Positions 1 through 9,283 are shown, counted from the stretch's first letter. The stretch is DNA of 64,000 nt from a candidate division WOR-3 bacterium (GCA_965649265.1 CBFGKC010000009.1:54869-118868), one strand, 5' to 3'. Numbers and translations: made by a program. Notes: a model not told the origin generated them from the letters alone.

Positions 1-3000
1 GGAATAGACTGAGTAGGAAAGGAATTCAGCCGCAGGGGTAAGCCAGACCTCCCCCCCCTCCTGTTCGATAGTTTCTAAAAGATCTTCGTTCGAGAAAGGA
101 TCGCACCGCACGTAAATCTCACCTACCACGCCTACAAGCGGTTTTCTTTCCCGGTGGTCGAGAGGTATTTCCCGGAATTCCCCGACAATCTTCCGGAATG
201 TCTTTTCATGAGTACCTTCTTCAATGGCTTGCTCGAGAAGGGCTACGGCTTCGAAGAAAGTCTCTACGGTCTGGCCCGCGTTTTTTTCGTAAGGTTTTAC
301 CTTGCATCTCAGTTTCGTGAGGATATCGGAATAAAGACTCGCTTTCCAGAGGTCGAGCCTCAGACTCTGGCTGAGCCCCGCGTATGAGTTGTACGACGAT
401 GGATTGATTATCGCCACTTGCTCGAATCCTTCGCGGTCGAGGATTATGCGGTGCAGGTTGACGTACTGGCCGAACCGGCAGGGCCCGTCCGATGAAGGCA
501 TGAAGAAAGCCTGCTTGCCGGGTTCCAGATTCTTTTCGCGGAGCGTTTTCACGAAGGTTCCTATGGTGACGACTGCGGGCATACACTCCTTGCCTGACGT
601 CATGGATTTGCCGATATTCATGGCTGCCCAGTCGGGCGAAGGCAACACCTCCGCATCGAGCCCGTATTTCTTGAACACCGACGCGAAGAAGCGCGAGCCT
701 ACGGGGTGCATGGGAGGAACCCACACCTTGCGGTGGTCGTAATCCGGAATCGTTCTGCCCCAGGCTGGAAGCTCGAAAACTTTTCGAGGCCGGGGTTTGT
801 ACGATTCTATGGCTTCCCTGAACGCCTCGATGCGGGTAGTGTAACCGCCGGGGCTCGAGTGCTCGTCAACCTCGAGAATCATGAAAGGCTTGCCCTTCAT
901 GACCTGCTCGGCCAGCGTTACGAGACAAGAATCCGGGCCGCAGGCAAAATGGGTAACGTATATGGGAAAAAGATCCGGATGCTCGCTGGCATACTTGAGC
1001 GCGTTCAATATGGTCTGACCGTAATCCCAGAAGATGCGGTGTTCCTGCCAGCGGATGTTTTCATCCACGGGAATGAAGTCCGCCGGAAAAACAGGCATAT
1101 CGAGTACTCTCGATATCTCGAGGCCAAGGTTGGATGAAATCTTGGAATCGTAAAGGCTGTAAGGCCTTCCCACAAGCACAATGCCTTTGCCTTCGAGCAA
1201 GGAGAGAGCCTTCTCCCCCTCCTCCCTCAGAGCCTTGCTGAACAGGGCATGCGACTTCCAGCCGCTTTCCCACGCTCGCTTTACGTCAGCTCTGGAGCAG
1301 CCCGTTTTCGGGGCAAGGGATTCGTAAAGCTCCTTCAGGTTCTCCTCCTCGCTCCATGTCACGTCAATCAAGGGGGAGATTACTCTTTCGGAAGAATACC
1401 AGGGCGACGAAGAGGCAAGGGTGGGAAACATGTTAGCGTAAGGGCAAACATGGGAGTAGTACTCGCCCTTGTTCATAATCAGCATATGCGGCAGAAAGAT
1501 GAAATCGGTGTTCATGCGCGACATTTTCTCGATGTGCCCGTGAACGACCTTCACGGGCAGGCAGAAATCGGCAGAGGACATTCTCGTTCCTCTCTCGATG
1601 ATGCTCTCATCCGTCGTGCCGGTGGTCTGAACTCCCAGCCCGAGTTCGGCAAAAAACCCTCTCCAGAAAGGAAGATAGGTGTGGAAACCGAGGACCATGG
1701 GTATGCCGACCGTTCTTGTGAATTGTCCGTTCGAGAGCCCCTCTCCTGAAGAATTCCGAGAGCCGGTTCCGGGAGATTTTTGGAGGAGATTTCTACGAAT
1801 CTCGAAAAGCCCGTAATTTGCATCCCTGCGCACCGTTTTTGAATCAGGCTCCTTGCCGCACATGTATCCCCAGGAGGGCTTCTCTTCCACGCCCTCGATA
1901 TCGGCAGACGTTATCGTGCAGTGATTGACACAGCAGGGACAATCACTGGATGACACCTCGATCTTGCGTTTATATAGATCGATGCCTCGAAACTTGGTTT
2001 TATCGAGCCTCTTTTCCATTGCAGCCAGAGCGGCGCCGTAGGCTCCGAGAACGTGGCAGTAGGGCGAAACGAGTATCTCTTTGCCGAGATAGTTTTCGAA
2101 CGCGGCAACCAGACCTATGTTGCGGGCCGTTGCTCCCTGAAAGGTTATCTTACCCTGAATGGGACGGTTTTCGACGACTTTCGTGAGGTAGTTTTGCACA
2201 ACCGAAAAGAGCACGGCGGCCATTGCCTCATCCCTCGAGAATCCTTTCTTAAGAAGCCTTTCGACATCCTCCTCCATGAAAACCGTGCAGCGGTCGGATG
2301 TGTACGGAGCCTTCTTTCCAAGCGCGCGAGGTCCGCTCTCGGCAAGCGAGATACCCAGCTTTGAGGCCTGCTCCTCGACGAAGGAACCGGTTCCTGCGGC
2401 GCAGACGTAGTTCAGGTTCGATTCCACAATGTTGCCGTCTTCCAGACGTATGTATTTCGAGTCCTGACCGCCTATCTCGAAAATGGTCTTGATGGCCGGA
2501 TCAAGCTTGAGAGCCCCCCTGGCGTGGGCGGATATCTCGTTGATTATCACGTCGGCGCCAATGACCAGCCCCGAGATCCTGCGGCCTGAGCCCGTCGTAG
2601 CCGCGCCCTTTATTTCCGGGTTTATCCGGTACTTCAGGCAGAACGCCTCGACAGCCCTGAGAATAAGGGTAGTGGCGCCTGTCGGATCGCCCAGGGTCTT
2701 GCGATAAAAATCGGCCGTGATTTCACGCGAAGAGTCCACGAGCACAGCCTTCGTGCTGGTGGAACCAACGTCGAGGCCGAAAAAAAAGACGCAATCGAGA
2801 GGTTCCTTGACGACCCTCACCTCGGTCTGATTCTCATCGGTCCATGATTCCAGTGCGGCAAAGTCAGGGTACTTTGACAGCCTCAGCGCCAGCGCGGGTC
2901 TCACCGATCCTTCGCCATCACCGCTCGTTTTTTTATAGAGCCCGGCGGAAATCGAGGATGCGCTCTCCCCCTCCCCCCCGTTCCGGTTCTTTGATGCGCC

Positions 3001-3780
3001 GCCGAAATCCAGATCCCGTGAGTTCACCGCGGTGTTTGAAAGAAGCGCGGCTCCCACGGCCGATGCCAATCGAGCATCGGGAAGAACGTCTATTTCAACG
3101 CCAAGTGATCTTTGCAGCCATTCCATGACCCAGCGATTCCGGCCTACCCCCCCCGCAACCACCGTCTTACCGGAGAGCTTTCTCCCGCGCAGAAGCGTTT
3201 GAACGAGATTGGCGGCCATGCCGCGGCACAAACCATTCCACATCTCTTCCTTTGAATACCCTTCCTGCTGGCGATGAATGAGATCGGTCTTTGCAAAAAC
3301 CGCGCACCTGGCCGCGACCCGCGGCGGATTCTCGATGAACCTGAACCCCTCGATATCGGTGAAAGAAAGATCGAGCCGCTGTCTCTGCTGATCGAGAAAT
3401 GAACCCGTTCCCGCTGCGCAAAGCGCGTTCTGGGCAAAATCCTTGAAGACGCCGTCGTTGAGTTCGATGAGTCTTGCCCCCTTGGCTCCGATATCTATGA
3501 TGTTCATGGAATCGGGGGCGAATTCATTTGTAAAATGAATGAGAGCTTTTACCGAATCGGTCGAAGGAAACCCGAAAACCTTCTCAAGCAGTTGTGAATA
3601 AAAGCCCGTAAAGCCGGCGACTACCGATCCATCCAGAAGCTCCGACAAAAAAAACTCTTCGATTTTCTTCAAAGGATCGCCGAAATGCGGCTTGTATAAA
3701 AAACGCTTTACATTGCCGCCGGCATCGGCAAGAATTATCTTCAGGTAGATGGAACCGGCATCTATGCCCACTTTCGGCAA
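1..3780 (-). CDS. Acyl-CoA dehydratase activase (two BadF/BadG/BcrA/BcrD ATPase domains, probably followed by DUF2229-type domains); partial, runs off the window start
   Basis: Manual translation of sampled stretches (1-60, 1201-1260, 2701-3000, 3121-3780), all open in one frame: VGIDAGSIYLK, IIDIGAK, CAAGTGSFLDQQ, RCAVFAKTDLIH, second GLDVGSTSTK. Absent from the ORF track, consistent with its stop lying outside the window. Start uncertain (TTG 3780). Confidence 0.88.
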   Translation of the reverse strand, partial: MPKVGIDAGSIYLKIILADAGGNVKRFLYKPHFGDPLKKIEEFFLSELLDGSVVAGFTGFYSQLLEKVFGFPSTDSVKALIHFTNEFAPDSMNIIDIGAKGARLIELNDGVFKDFAQNALCAAGTGSFLDQQRQRLDLSFTDIEGFRFIENPPRVAARCAVFAKTDLIHRQQEGYSKEEMWNGLCRGMAANLVQTLLRGRKLSGKTVVAGGVGRNRWVMEWLQRSLGVEIDVLPDARLASAVGAALLSNTAVNSRDLDFGGASKNRNGGEGESASSISAGLYKKTSGDGEGSVRPALALRLSKYPDFAALESWTDENQTEVRVVKEPLDCVFFFGLDVGSTSTKAVLVDSSREITADFYRKTLGDPTGATTLILRAVEAFCLKYRINPEIKGAATTGSGRRISGLVIGADVIINEISAHARGALKLDPAIKTIFEIGGQDSKYIRLEDGNIVESNLNYVCAAGTGSFVEEQASKLGISLAESGPRALGKKAPYTSDRCTVFMEEDVERLLKKGFSRDEAMAAVLFSVVQNYLTKVVENRPIQGKITFQGATARNIGLVAAFENYLGKEILVSPYCHVLGAYGAALAAMEKRLDKTKFRGIDLYKRKIEVSSSDCPCCVNHCTITSADIEGVEEKPSWGYMCGKEPDSKTVRRDANYGLFEIRRNLLQKSPGTGSRNSSGEGLSNGQFTRTVGIPMVLGFHTYLPFWRGFFAELGLGVQTTGTTDESIIERGTRMSSADFCLPVKVVHGHIEKMSRMNTDFIFLPHMLIMNKGEYYSHVCPYANMFPTLASSSPWYSSERVISPLIDVTWSEEENLKELYESLAPKTGCSRADVKRAWESGWKSHALFSKALREEGEKALSLLEGKGIVLVGRPYSLYDSKISSNLGLEISRVLDMPVFPADFIPVDENIRWQEHRIFWDYGQTILNALKYASEHPDLFPIYVTHFACGPDSCLVTLAEQVMKGKPFMILEVDEHSSPGGYTTRIEAFREAIESYKPRPRKVFELPAWGRTIPDYDHRKVWVPPMHPVGSRFFASVFKKYGLDAEVLPSPDWAAMNIGKSMTSGKECMPAVVTIGTFVKTLREKNLEPGKQAFFMPSSDGPCRFGQYVNLHRIILDREGFEQVAIINPSSYNSYAGLSQSLRLDLWKASLYSDILTKLRCKVKPYEKNAGQTVETFFEAVALLEQAIEEGTHEKTFRKIVGEFREIPLDHRERKPLVGVVGEIYVRCDPFSNEDLLETIEQEGGEVWLTPAAEFLSYSVYS

Positions 3781-4090
3781 ATTATCAATAATATCTATGT
3801 CCTTCCTAAAGTTTGAACTGGATTTGCCGCTCCGGAGATCAGCTCCTTGATATCGAATCTTAAGCATTTTGGAAGGCATGTCAAACCGTTATCCGCAGGG
3901 ATCGTCGAGTAACCGGTCAATTCCACCTTTCCAGGACATTTTCGAACCGCCATTTTTACATGGTGAGTGTTATTTTTGCAATAATGGAAATAAAAAAAAC
4001 TCAGGTGACTTCATAGAAACCATTTTCACTGGAAATCAGGGAACGATTTTGACCGGCTTTTTTCTCAAAAAAACACCCGAAAAACCTCGA

Positions 4091-4174
4091 TTTGTCCATC
4101 TTTTGACCATCTTCTGTCCAACTTATGTCCTACTTAGTTATCCACATTTTTGACGCGTTCGATTAATCCTGACC
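4091..4174. repeat. Copy 1 of a module: four 11-bp tandem repeats (TTTGTCCATCT-like) followed by a DnaA box TTATCCACA
   Basis: Near-identical to 34111-34183; DnaA box at 4138-4146. Confidence 0.85.
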
Positions 4175-4355
4175 TCCTTTTACCCCACAAAATCGCTCCA
4201 CGATTTTGCGGGGACCCCGATTGCCGCAGGGGCGGCTGACCGTCCAGAGGACGGTTTGAAGTTTGCCCCTATTTTTTTGTCTTGAGGGCAAACTTCTGAC
4301 GATGAAAGTCATTGCTCCCCGCAAAAATGCAAGACATTTCTATGGGGTGTCAAGA

Positions 4356-4383
4356 TTGACAAAAACCTGCGGTGGAGTAAAAT
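4356..4383 (+). promoter_or_regulatory. sigma70-type promoter for tRNA-Arg and the TPR gene
   Basis: TTGACA-N16-TAAAAT. Confidence 0.7.
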
Positions 4384-4422
4384 ACTGTCTTGGAAAATTG
4401 TCGCTTTTCGAAATTCATGTAA

Positions 4423-4496
4423 GCCCCCGTAGCTCAGAAGGATAGAGCGACGGTTTCCTAAACCGTAGGCCGTGGGTTCGAATCCCTCCGGGGGTA
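4423..4496 (+). tRNA. tRNA-Arg (anticodon CCT), CCA not encoded
   Basis: Acceptor GCCCCCG/CGGGGGT, D arm GCTC..GAGC, anticodon stem ACGGT/ACCGT with loop TTCCTAA, T loop GTTCGAATC. Confidence 0.95.
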
Positions 4497-4513
4497 TTTA
4501 AGAAAGGAGTTAT

Positions 4514-5239
4514 ATGCCGAAACGATCTGTTTCTTATCGTACTGGACACAAGCACATCCACCAGGAAGATGCATTTACAAAAGCGGTAGGGAAGGTCTAC
4601 GAATATTACACCAAGTCACCGCTTCAGGCAATCTTAACCACTGTCGGTGCTATCGGCGTGGTGGTTTTAGGCACCATTTTCCTCGTCAGGATTCTTGGAG
4701 GCACACAAGCGGCTCCACCAAAAGAGGCTTCACTCTCCTTGAGAACCGCTCAGATTCTATTACAACAGCAGAATGTAAAGGCATCTGAAGACAGCCTGCG
4801 GAATCTTATCAACCGTTATCCCAAAACCGTTCCGGGCAAAAAGGCGATTTATTATCTCGGTCAAGCCCTTTACTTCGAAGGAAGGTATCCTGAAGCAAGA
4901 GAACAATTTGCGAAATTTGAAAAAGCTTATCCTAACAAAAAATCCTTCCTTCTTGCATCTGCTCTTTACGGAGTGGCAAATTGTTATGAAGAAGAAGGAA
5001 AGCTTGAGGAAGCTGCGGCAACCTATCTCGATCTTACGAAGAAGTACCCTAAATCCGGACTTAAGCCTCATGCTCTGCTGGGCGCAGGACGCTGTTACAT
5101 TCTCGCAAAAAAATACGACAAAGCCCAACCCTTGCTTGAACAAATAACAAAGGACTACCCCAGAAGGGAATATCCAGTCATCTACGCAAAGGCAGAAAGT
5201 CAGCTTGGAGAAATTGAAGCCCTGAAGAATTTATTTTAG
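4514..5239 (+). CDS. Membrane-anchored tetratricopeptide-repeat protein (YfgM/CpoB-like)
   Basis: AAGGAG RBS, N-terminal TM helix, TPR motifs (AIYYLGQALY, ALYGVANCY, ALLGAGRCY). Confidence 0.8.
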   Translation: MPKRSVSYRTGHKHIHQEDAFTKAVGKVYEYYTKSPLQAILTTVGAIGVVVLGTIFLVRILGGTQAAPPKEASLSLRTAQILLQQQNVKASEDSLRNLINRYPKTVPGKKAIYYLGQALYFEGRYPEAREQFAKFEKAYPNKKSFLLASALYGVANCYEEEGKLEEAAATYLDLTKKYPKSGLKPHALLGAGRCYILAKKYDKAQPLLEQITKDYPRREYPVIYAKAESQLGEIEALKNLF

Positions 5240-5748
5240 GGATTTTCGTTCGGCTTTACTTTGGGTTTTAGTGTCGTTTCCTCGAGTAGGGAAATGTAAT
5301 CCATGCGTGCAGCTTCAAACGAGGCTTTAGCCAACTCGCGCTCATTAAGTGCAGGTTTGCTGGTATCTTTCCCGGCAATCAATTCGCGAACATAACGTTC
5401 CCCCTCCCCTATACCTGAAGAAAAGGCGAGGCGATATATTCCGAGAAGAGAGTTAGTAAGGGCAGAATCAAGTTCTATTCCCGAAGAATCACAAAAGGCT
5501 TCCATTGAATTTATGCCCGTAACACCCCAGGAATTAAGAGCTTCAGACTCGACGTTTATCTCCGAGGATGTCAGTGTCCCGGCAAGGAAGCCTTCGGCGG
5601 CTTCCAGGGTAAAAATCATACCTTCTATGAAACCCATCTCGTATGCGTGTTCTGCAAGAGCTTCACGAAGCTGCCTGTCCTTGCTGTTACAGGAAATTGT
5701 GGAAAGCGAAACCAGGAACGCGATAAAAATGAAGATTGTTTTTTTCAC
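5236..5748 (-). CDS. Hypothetical lipoprotein
   Basis: GTG start 5748 gives MKKTIFIFIAFLVSLSTISC lipobox-like signal; lies 5 nt after a TATACT -10. Confidence 0.65.
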   Translation of the reverse strand: MKKTIFIFIAFLVSLSTISCNSKDRQLREALAEHAYEMGFIEGMIFTLEAAEGFLAGTLTSSEINVESEALNSWGVTGINSMEAFCDSSGIELDSALTNSLLGIYRLAFSSGIGEGERYVRELIAGKDTSKPALNERELAKASFEAARMDYISLLEETTLKPKVKPNENP

Positions 5749-5753
5749 TTCCG

Positions 5754-5782
5754 AGTATAGAACCATAGCCGGAAAAAGTCAA
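5754..5782 (-). promoter_or_regulatory. sigma70-type promoter, leaderless geometry
   Basis: TTGACT-N17-TATACT-N5-GTG. Confidence 0.7.
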
Positions 5783-5859
5783 CCCGTAACACCTCCCGTA
5801 ACACCTCCCGTAACACAACCCGTAACACAACCCGTAACACAACCCCGCGCCCGTAACAC
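5783..5859. repeat. Motif A tandem array: CCCGTAACAC(CT/AA) x5 at 12-bp period plus a sixth copy
   Basis: Directly readable; begins 1 nt beyond the -35 box of the minus-strand gene. Confidence 0.9.
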
Positions 5860-6074
5860 GCTGCAATAACCAACGTCTCGGCGAGCGTAATGAAACTTCT
5901 CGTACCCTTAAAGAGATGGGCCTGAGTGTGGATTAAGGCTTTATTCCCGAAAGCGGTTTCCACCCCAGAGGATAACTCACCGGTGCTCAGCGCATGAAAC
6001 ATGAGCCGTGATCCATACCTTCAACATGCCTGCGAGCTTATCTTTTTTTGTTGCGACTCTCGAGCTGCATTACA

Positions 6075-6102
6075 TTGACAGCGTTTGCGGCGAACGTATC
6101 AT
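6075..6102 (+). promoter_or_regulatory. sigma70-type promoter of the apbE operon, leaderless geometry
   Basis: TTGACA-N16-TATCAT-N5-ATG. Confidence 0.7.
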
Positions 6103-6107
6103 CTGCA

Positions 6108-7115
6108 ATGTTTAAAACTGTACGGCCCTTCATCTTTTTAACGCTGCTTGCGGCTTGTTCAAGCGAAAAGTATCTCGAAGAAACCCGATTCCCGATGAGT
6201 ACCTATTTCAAGATCAAGATATGGGGCTCTTCTGATGAGATGTTGAACAAGGCAATGGATGAGGCATTCAGGGAGGTGGATAGAATTGACAGTCTCACAA
6301 GCGCCTTCAGCCCCTCCAGCGCGGTATGGGTTTTGAATACGAAGGGGGAGGTGGTCTCGGCCGATCTTGCAGAACTCGCGACCAGGGCGCTTGAAATAAG
6401 CAGGGAAAGCGGTGGCTCTTTCGATCCGACGGTGCTCGGGCTGATGAATCTTTGGGGATTCAGGGACTCCACTCATTCCAGCTACAGGGTTCCATCAAAA
6501 GAAGAGATAGATTCAGCACTTAGTTACGTTGATTACAGAAAGATCGCGGTATCCGGCGATACGGTAAGCCTGAGGCCGGTCGGCGAAGAAGCTTTGAGGA
6601 TTAATAGAGGTTCCAAAGGGCTCCTCTGGGGCGTCGATCTCTCGGCGATTGCCGAAGGCTATGCGGTGGACAGGGTAATCAGGATACTCAAGGAAAATGG
6701 AGTATCAAGAGGCATTGTGGACGCAGGAGGCGATATAGGCTGTTTCGGCGAGCGAAAGGGCGGATGGAGCATAGGGATAAGAAATCCCAGAGGTGAAGGA
6801 CTGCTTGCCATCGTTCATGTTAAAGAGGGAGGCATAGGAACGTCTGGGGATTATGAGAACTTCTTCGAAAAGGACGGCCAAAGGTATCATCATCTGATGA
6901 ACCCGGCAACGGGTTACCCCGCACGAGGAGCGGTATCGGCGACCATAATTGCACCTACCGCGACCGAGGCCGATGCATGGGCAAAGCCTTTATTCGTAAT
7001 GGGTGAGAAGGGAATCTCATTCCTTGATTCGATGGGTAGAATTCAAGGCATGCTGGTGATGAATGACGGTCGAATATTGACCACTAAAGGATTCCCGAAA
7101 CTGGAAAAACCGTGA
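6108..7115 (+). CDS. apbE: FAD:protein FMN transferase lipoprotein
   Basis: Lipobox LAAC; FDPTV, DLSAIAEGYAVD, DAGGDI, TSGDYE, YHHLMNPATGYP, ADAWA motifs. Confidence 0.93.
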   Translation: MFKTVRPFIFLTLLAACSSEKYLEETRFPMSTYFKIKIWGSSDEMLNKAMDEAFREVDRIDSLTSAFSPSSAVWVLNTKGEVVSADLAELATRALEISRESGGSFDPTVLGLMNLWGFRDSTHSSYRVPSKEEIDSALSYVDYRKIAVSGDTVSLRPVGEEALRINRGSKGLLWGVDLSAIAEGYAVDRVIRILKENGVSRGIVDAGGDIGCFGERKGGWSIGIRNPRGEGLLAIVHVKEGGIGTSGDYENFFEKDGQRYHHLMNPATGYPARGAVSATIIAPTATEADAWAKPLFVMGEKGISFLDSMGRIQGMLVMNDGRILTTKGFPKLEKP

Positions 7116-8095
7116 AGGAAGCGCTCTATTACGAAAAGCTGGAAGGCCAAAGAGTTCGCTGCAAGCTGTGCTTTCACGAATGCATACTTGCCCAGGGAGA
7201 TGAAGGTTTCTGCCTCGCGAGACGAAATGAAGCAGGCGTCCTTGTGGCAGAGACCTACGGTGAACTCGTGGCCGCGCATCTTGATCCAATCGAAAAGAAG
7301 CCGCTTTATCATTTTCACCCCGGGGAGGAGATACTGTCGGTGGCCGCTTCGGGCTGCAATCTTGCCTGTCCCTTCTGTCAGAACGTTGAGATATCAAGAA
7401 AGCACACCGCATCCGAATTCGCGTCTCCGGCAAAGCTTGTGGAGACTGCAATGCGCAGCCGTTCAAAGGGCATTGCCTACACCTACACCGAGCCGCTTGT
7501 GTGGTTCGAATACGTGCTTGATACCTCAAAAGCGGCGCACAAGAAAGGCCTGTACAACGTTATTGTCTCTAACGGAACAATAAACGAGGAGCCTTTAGCC
7601 GGGCTTATCCCCCATCTCGATGCCGCAAACATAGATCTCAAGGGCGACAGGGAGTTTTACCGCAAGGTTCTCAAAGGCGACAGGGATTCAACCATAAGGA
7701 CGATAAGGATGCTCCACCAGGCGGGCGTCCATGTCGAGGTGACGCTATTGCTGATTCCGGGCGGGAATGATTCCGAAGAGCAGGCCGAGGAGGAAATTTC
7801 CTTCATTGCGTCGGTGGACTGCAGAATCCCTTTCCACATTTCCAGATACTTCCCTCACAACGCTTACCCCTCTCCCCCTACGCCTGTGGAAACCATGGAA
7901 AGAGTATACTACAAAGCCAAGGAACGACTCACCTATGTTTATCTCGGCAACGTTATGCTCGAACGCGGAAACGACACCTGCTGCCCTCACTGCCAGGCAG
8001 TGCTCGTGGAACGAGCCGGATATCGAATCAAGACAACAGGGATAAAAGATTCGCGCTGCATCTCATGCGGCAGAAAAGTCGATTTCGTGCTGTGA
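7112..8095 (+). CDS. amrS: AmmeMemoRadiSam-system radical SAM enzyme
   Basis: N-terminal CxxCxxxC..C zinc motif, DPIEKKPLYHFHPG, GCNLACPFCQN, IAYTYTEP, FHISRYFP, YVYLGNV, C-terminal CxxC pairs. Confidence 0.92.
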   Translation: MKEALYYEKLEGQRVRCKLCFHECILAQGDEGFCLARRNEAGVLVAETYGELVAAHLDPIEKKPLYHFHPGEEILSVAASGCNLACPFCQNVEISRKHTASEFASPAKLVETAMRSRSKGIAYTYTEPLVWFEYVLDTSKAAHKKGLYNVIVSNGTINEEPLAGLIPHLDAANIDLKGDREFYRKVLKGDRDSTIRTIRMLHQAGVHVEVTLLLIPGGNDSEEQAEEEISFIASVDCRIPFHISRYFPHNAYPSPPTPVETMERVYYKAKERLTYVYLGNVMLERGNDTCCPHCQAVLVERAGYRIKTTGIKDSRCISCGRKVDFVL

Positions 8096-8460
8096 ATCGC
8101 ATTTTTAAGAGAGCCGACGTGATTCTAGCCGTCGTCATCGTTATGGCAGCAGGCGCAGTGTGGCTCACGACAAGCCTCCTCAACCACAAAGGTGAAGCCA
8201 GAACGATAAAGATCAGCTCTGCAAAAGATGACTTCGAGATTCCGCTCTCGGATACCCTTCTTGAGATTCCTGGGGTGTTAGGACAAACCTCGATAAGGAT
8301 CAAGGACGGCCAGGTATGGGTGGAGAAGGCCTCATGCCCTAATAAGGTGTGCGTGAGACAGGGAAAAATCTCAAAGCCGGGCGAGACGATAGTGTGTCTT
8401 CCGAACAGGGTAGTAATCACGATTGAAGGAGCGAAGAAAACCGATGCGGTCACGTACTGA
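8092..8460 (+). CDS. NusG domain II-containing protein (DUF1312)
   Basis: N-terminal TM, ASCPNKVCVRQGKI and IVCLPNRVVI motifs, ends DAVTY; GTGA overlap with amrS. Confidence 0.88.
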   Translation: MNRIFKRADVILAVVIVMAAGAVWLTTSLLNHKGEARTIKISSAKDDFEIPLSDTLLEIPGVLGQTSIRIKDGQVWVEKASCPNKVCVRQGKISKPGETIVCLPNRVVITIEGAKKTDAVTY

Positions 8461-8588
8461 GAAATGTGAAGGAAGAATGAATCCGGAAAGCGAAGATTGA
8501 GGACTGCAGTTGAACAAGAAGACACTTAAAGGGAAAAAAAGACGATACGTCACGAATTCGGAACAAAAAGTGGAAGAGACGGATGGAA

Positions 8589-8772
8589 GTGTTGCGGGTG
8601 TTGCGGGTGTTATTTCCTCTGATCTAAAGCTGCTGATGGAAATGACCTGTGGGATGAGGACTCATCCCAGGGGTCAGACCCTGCCCCGAAGGGGTATGGG
8701 TGTTACGGGGGGTGGAGGTGTTACGGGTGTTACGGGTACGGGTGTTACGGGTACGGGTGTTACGGGTACGGG
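8589..8772. repeat. Mosaic repeat element (module Y): motif A copies flanking hairpins TGACC..GGTCA, GGGTCAGACCC and CCCCGAAGGGG
   Basis: Homologous to 18295-18408 and to the shortened copy at 18055-18123. Confidence 0.85.
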
Positions 8773-9283
8773 AGGCTTAACGCCGAGACAGAGAAACCTG
8801 GCGCTTCTGGCCGGTCTTTCTGTCGCGCTTTACACTTTAGAGAATCTCATACCGCTACCGATTCCCTGGCTGAGGATAGGAATAGGCAACGTCGGCGTGC
8901 TGATGGCGCTTTATATGCTCGGTCCGCTGGACGGCTTTTTCGTGTTATTGATCAAGATAGTGGTGGGTTCGCTTCTTTCGGGTAGATTTCTGGGGCCGTT
9001 CTTTATTTTCGCGCTCGGCGCTGGAATACCCTCGTACTGGATCATGGCGGGTGTTAAAAAACTTTTCGGACGCGTGTTCGGGCCTGTAGGCGTAAGTGTT
9101 GCAGGTGCATTGTTTCACAACATCTTCCAGCTCGGCATCGCGTACTTGATGGTCCTGCAGAGCGTTAAGATATTCTACATCGCACCCATTCTCGTGATAA
9201 TTGGAACCGCGGCCGGTTTTCTTATAGGAGTGCTCGTTCAAGCCATCCTCAAGAATCTCGAAAGCGAAGTGCCACTGCGTTGA
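8696..9283 (+). CDS. Gx transporter / heptaprenyl diphosphate synthase component I family membrane protein; start uncertain
   Basis: LENLIPLPIPWLRIGIGN and GVSVAGALFHNIFQL motifs; the conserved part starts about 8777 and the nearest in-frame ATG lies inside the repeat. Confidence 0.85.
   Translation: MGVTGGGGVTGVTGTGVTGTGVTGTGGLTPRQRNLALLAGLSVALYTLENLIPLPIPWLRIGIGNVGVLMALYMLGPLDGFFVLLIKIVVGSLLSGRFLGPFFIFALGAGIPSYWIMAGVKKLFGRVFGPVGVSVAGALFHNIFQLGIAYLMVLQSVKIFYIAPILVIIGTAAGFLIGVLVQAILKNLESEVPLR

Noticed and set aside
1210-1240. Motif B-like CCTCCCTCAGAGCCTTGC inside the activase
   Set aside because: Encodes ordinary helical sequence (SKALREEGEKAL) with no tandem structure; likely chance.
1-3800. 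Apparent gene desert or pseudogene (only short ORFs in the track)
   Set aside because: Every sampled stretch translates openly in one minus-strand frame as an activase running off the window edge; the short ORFs are shadows.
3889-4174. Chromosomal oriC
   Set aside because: Only one perfect and one near DnaA box, no dnaA/dnaN/gidA context, and the module recurs at 34.1 kb.
4423-4496. tRNA-anchored genomic island
   Set aside because: No integrase and no duplicated tRNA 3' end noticed; downstream genes look host-like.
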